Source of the DNA: Oopsacas minuta
Taxonomy: Eukaryota > Animalia > Porifera
NCBI GenBank assembly: GCA_024704765.1
Contig: JAKMXF010000110.1
Coordinates: 310,001 to 374,000 of the forward strand
DNA: 64,000 nt
Direction: 5' to 3'
Of the stretch, positions 60,890 through 64,000 are shown piece after piece. The notes under the pieces are model-generated. The model did not search any database, was not told where the DNA came from, and was given only the letters and a program-made list of their open reading frames with translations. How positions within the stretch are numbered: position 1 is the first letter of the stretch; every line of letters begins with the position of its first letter. A program made the position numbers and the translations under genes.

Positions 60890-63475
60890 ATGTCCAGAAA
60901 GGAGAAAAAGCGTAGAAAGCAATCGTTTTCAGATGATGACCATCAACCTACATGTGAGCCTACTGAGATAGAGTCAATACAGCTTCCTGAGTTTGCAGTA
61001 GATGAGGGAACTCTAAAATCCCTTACCATACAACGTGATTATCTTGATGAGCTAGCCAACACGCTGCCAAAACCTCCCGACATAAAGCTCACAAATAAAC
61101 GGGTGTTTGTGAGGAAACTTAGACCTGTATCAGAGCCAAGTGAGCGTCCTCCCTCTAAGAGCGTGAAAGTAGCACACCTCCTTCCCCCTGGCTGTCTACC
61201 TTCACATACTGTCACATGTCTAGGTCATCTTCCTGCCCCATTGGAATGGAAACCTGGACCGCGGTACACTGAAGAGGGACAGTTGATCCCTCATAGCATA
61301 TTAGGTACAGAAGAAGAGTTCAACTATGAAGCGGTGGTTAAATCTAGTCACATTAAGATACATCTACCTGATAGGAAGAATGATATAAATACACGATCTA
61401 GGAAAACATGGTTTGATCATTTACCCAGACAGGAGAATGCTTTGAAACATTGGGAGCAAAGAATGAAAGACAGACGTATACAGCAGCAATATATATCCAG
61501 ACGAGTAGATCGACCAGCTGGGCATCTCGTTATGAATCAGAGTGATAGTTACATGGACAGACAGACAATCAGAACACTAATAGATCGTGCTGCCCCCTAC
61601 CTAGAGCATGGGAGAGGGTATCGAGCAGGTAGTGAGTTCTGGAATCAGCAAGAGAGGCTAGGAAGCTATGAAACAGGAATTAGAATGAGTCTGACTAGTA
61701 CTGAGAGAGGTTTACCCCCTCAAGTACAGCTAGTGGGGAGACCTGACGTCACAAAGTTTGAGACAGGAACAAAATTCTCAGATTTCCCTGCTACTTACCC
61801 CTGGAAACAATCCCGGTACCTGTCAACACGTCTACAGCACTTTGAACCTATCTTAAACGAGATGAACCCATTGGACCCTGAGTTATCCTCTCTCTACGTC
61901 ATTGGGAGAGGACCGCCTAGTTGTGAGGTTATGAAGCCGAGCAGTACGGGGAACACCCCTGAATCCTCTGAAGGTGAGGAGGCAGAGGAACGTGTGGAGA
62001 GGTACATGTCACCTGATCCCCATGGTCCAACTTTATTCATACAGGGAGCGTACTCCCTCACTCTAGGTGTTACAGAACCAATACAACTGAGACTACTGAT
62101 GGAGGGTAGTACAGGACAGTTGGTCCGGTCTAGTGTGTCAATAGAAAACAATGGTACATCAGTAGTTTATGCTGATTGGAAGAAATTACCTAAACTCAAT
62201 AAACTTAATAGAGTACTAGAAGGAAATATACAGAGGTTCTATTTCGATTTGAGAGAAAAGGTTCTCTTGCCGGGGCACTCTATATCTGTACCAGTTATAT
62301 TCAAATCTACACAGGCTGGGGTGTATTGGGAGTCGTGGGAACTAGCTACTAGACCTGCGCTACAACCGCTTATTGTGACATTCCGCGGGATAGCATTAAT
62401 GAAGGATAAGTTCTATCAAGCTAGACAACAAGTTGAAAGAGATCTGGTGGCAAACGAAGCTCAGGAATCCGCTAAACTTATAGTAGATGATATATTATAC
62501 AGTATAGCTACACCCCCAAGAACACCGACCCGTTATAAACTAGACCGTACCCACGAGGAGAAGTTCACGCGTGTTAATCCAGGTATTGAATTCCGCGAGG
62601 ATTTATTCCGTGCATTACAAACACTATACATTAATTCGTTCAATCCTCCTGCTCTAAGTGATAGAGCTGAATCTGCTGAGCTTAGGAAAGAAGGGAAGAG
62701 TAGCGTTAAGAAGGAAGAGAAAGGGAAATCTGCTGGAAAACCTCCGAAAAAAGGAGAAAAAAATGAGAAAAAGGATGAAGTGTCTTTGAGCAAATTAACT
62801 ATACTTCCTATACAACAAGATTTTCCTATACTTAGTAATGGTAAAATATGTGAAAGTTTGAAAGATATTCCTGAATGGGATTTGACTTTAGGATCGTTAG
62901 AATACGCGATTCTTAACACTAAAGGTAGTGACCAGCAAACAGATCTCTTATTAGCACAGTTGAGTGAGATATTATCTAGATTCCATTCACCTATATATGT
63001 AACGAAACATAATACGAACTATCAACAAATGTATATATCACTTGTACAAGTATTAGAACTAATTCCGTCTAATTCCGCGAAACTTCGCGCTTTCTACAAC
63101 CTCCCAGAGAAGCTTTTTGTCGATGAAACACAGCCTGAGGCAGGAGAAAGTGTGATTAGCCCAACTGACCTTGGAAAAAAGAAAAAAGCTACAAGTAAAC
63201 AGGATGTATCCAAAAAGCCTCCTCAGAAAAAGGGTGTACCCAAGGAAGAGACCCCAGCAAAGCCTAAGGGGTCTACTCCTAGCAGGAAGGGGAAAGCATC
63301 TGTAACCCCTAAAACACAGTTGGACACTGGTGTAACTGAATTAACACCTGAGCTGCCGAAAACCGCAGAAATTGATCCAGCTGTTGAGAAATCATACTCC
63401 CTGAAATTGAAACAAATTGTGTGTGATTTACTTGACACAGCTATAGGCAACTTCCTTACTTCAGTACATTTGTGA
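60890..63475 (+). CDS. MYCBPAP: MYCBP-associated protein (MYCBPAP/AMAP-1), intronless
   Basis: Long ORF with first ATG at 60890. ALKHWEQRMKDRRIQQQYIS...HLVMNQSDSY...SEFWNQQERLG...GIRMSLTSTERG and the later SIENNGTSVVYADWKK...RFYFD...LLPG...FKSTQAGVYWESWELATRP block match MYCBPAP by memory; K-rich insert KKGEK/PPQKKG. Confidence 0.8.
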   Translation: MSRKEKKRRKQSFSDDDHQPTCEPTEIESIQLPEFAVDEGTLKSLTIQRDYLDELANTLPKPPDIKLTNKRVFVRKLRPVSEPSERPPSKSVKVAHLLPPGCLPSHTVTCLGHLPAPLEWKPGPRYTEEGQLIPHSILGTEEEFNYEAVVKSSHIKIHLPDRKNDINTRSRKTWFDHLPRQENALKHWEQRMKDRRIQQQYISRRVDRPAGHLVMNQSDSYMDRQTIRTLIDRAAPYLEHGRGYRAGSEFWNQQERLGSYETGIRMSLTSTERGLPPQVQLVGRPDVTKFETGTKFSDFPATYPWKQSRYLSTRLQHFEPILNEMNPLDPELSSLYVIGRGPPSCEVMKPSSTGNTPESSEGEEAEERVERYMSPDPHGPTLFIQGAYSLTLGVTEPIQLRLLMEGSTGQLVRSSVSIENNGTSVVYADWKKLPKLNKLNRVLEGNIQRFYFDLREKVLLPGHSISVPVIFKSTQAGVYWESWELATRPALQPLIVTFRGIALMKDKFYQARQQVERDLVANEAQESAKLIVDDILYSIATPPRTPTRYKLDRTHEEKFTRVNPGIEFREDLFRALQTLYINSFNPPALSDRAESAELRKEGKSSVKKEEKGKSAGKPPKKGEKNEKKDEVSLSKLTILPIQQDFPILSNGKICESLKDIPEWDLTLGSLEYAILNTKGSDQQTDLLLAQLSEILSRFHSPIYVTKHNTNYQQMYISLVQVLELIPSNSAKLRAFYNLPEKLFVDETQPEAGESVISPTDLGKKKKATSKQDVSKKPPQKKGVPKEETPAKPKGSTPSRKGKASVTPKTQLDTGVTELTPELPKTAEIDPAVEKSYSLKLKQIVCDLLDTAIGNFLTSVHL

Positions 63476-64000
63476 TTATACTATATCGATCTGTATTTAA
63501 TCCAATTCTTAACAGGTAATTATCTCTATTGTATTGTTGGACTTAAAACTACGTATAACGCGTTTACTTAGAAATTTGATGTTTCTCCTATATTCTTGTA
63601 TGCCAAATTGGTGTTAATCAATTCTCTCTTTGTTACACCTCGATGGACCAACATGTACTCCGTTTTGAACAACGATTTGCATTTCAGATTTCGTGTAGCT
63701 TAACAAATTGTAATGAGTGTACCAAACTTTGCAATGTCGAGGTTTACAGCTGGCGGATAGTTCCCTACCTTTGGCACTCGCGGAATATTATCAGAGGGCG
63801 CAATTGCGATCCCTGCGATCCCTCTGGTGTCGGCACAGGTTTGACCCTAGAGTACCAAATTAATGTGACATCATATTATCACATCTCAACTTACATCCCA
63901 AATTCTATATTTTCTATTCTTAGTACCGTTATTAATTACAATGATTATCACAAATACTGTGTCTAAAACTTTCTAATTACTACCTTAAACTATTTCTGTC

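Overview
AT-rich eukaryotic (animal) genomic DNA with compact genes, short or MITE-expanded spliceosomal introns and several intronless genes. The gene set and style suggest an early-branching animal such as a sponge (inference only). Twelve protein-coding loci were assembled by hand from the ORF track plus splice signals: the 3' end of a Ubc12/UBE2M-like E2 with a C-terminal membrane anchor; an intronless tyrosine-motif-rich membrane adaptor; a 13-exon SH3-BCH(CRAL-TRIO)-RhoGAP (ARHGAP1/8 family); nested antisense in its intron 11, a two-exon PRRC1/YjjX(ITPase-like)-nocturnin fusion; an intronless TKL kinase; an intronless FYB/ADAP-like YDDV-repeat hSH3 adaptor; CEP89; two tandem hnRNP A/Musashi-type 2xRRM genes; MRPS16; a multi-exon RA-RA-WW-WW scaffold with PP1-docking motifs; DCTN1; and MYCBPAP. 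Non-coding DNA carries many short non-autonomous DNA transposons (several CAGT...ACTG/TA families and one hAT element with a perfect 8-bp TSD). No autonomous transposase, rRNA, tRNA or CRISPR array was recognised. The strongest novelty candidates are the PRRC1-nocturnin fusion, the tail-anchored Ubc12-like E2 and the RA/WW/PP1 scaffold. All family assignments come from remembered motifs, not database searches.
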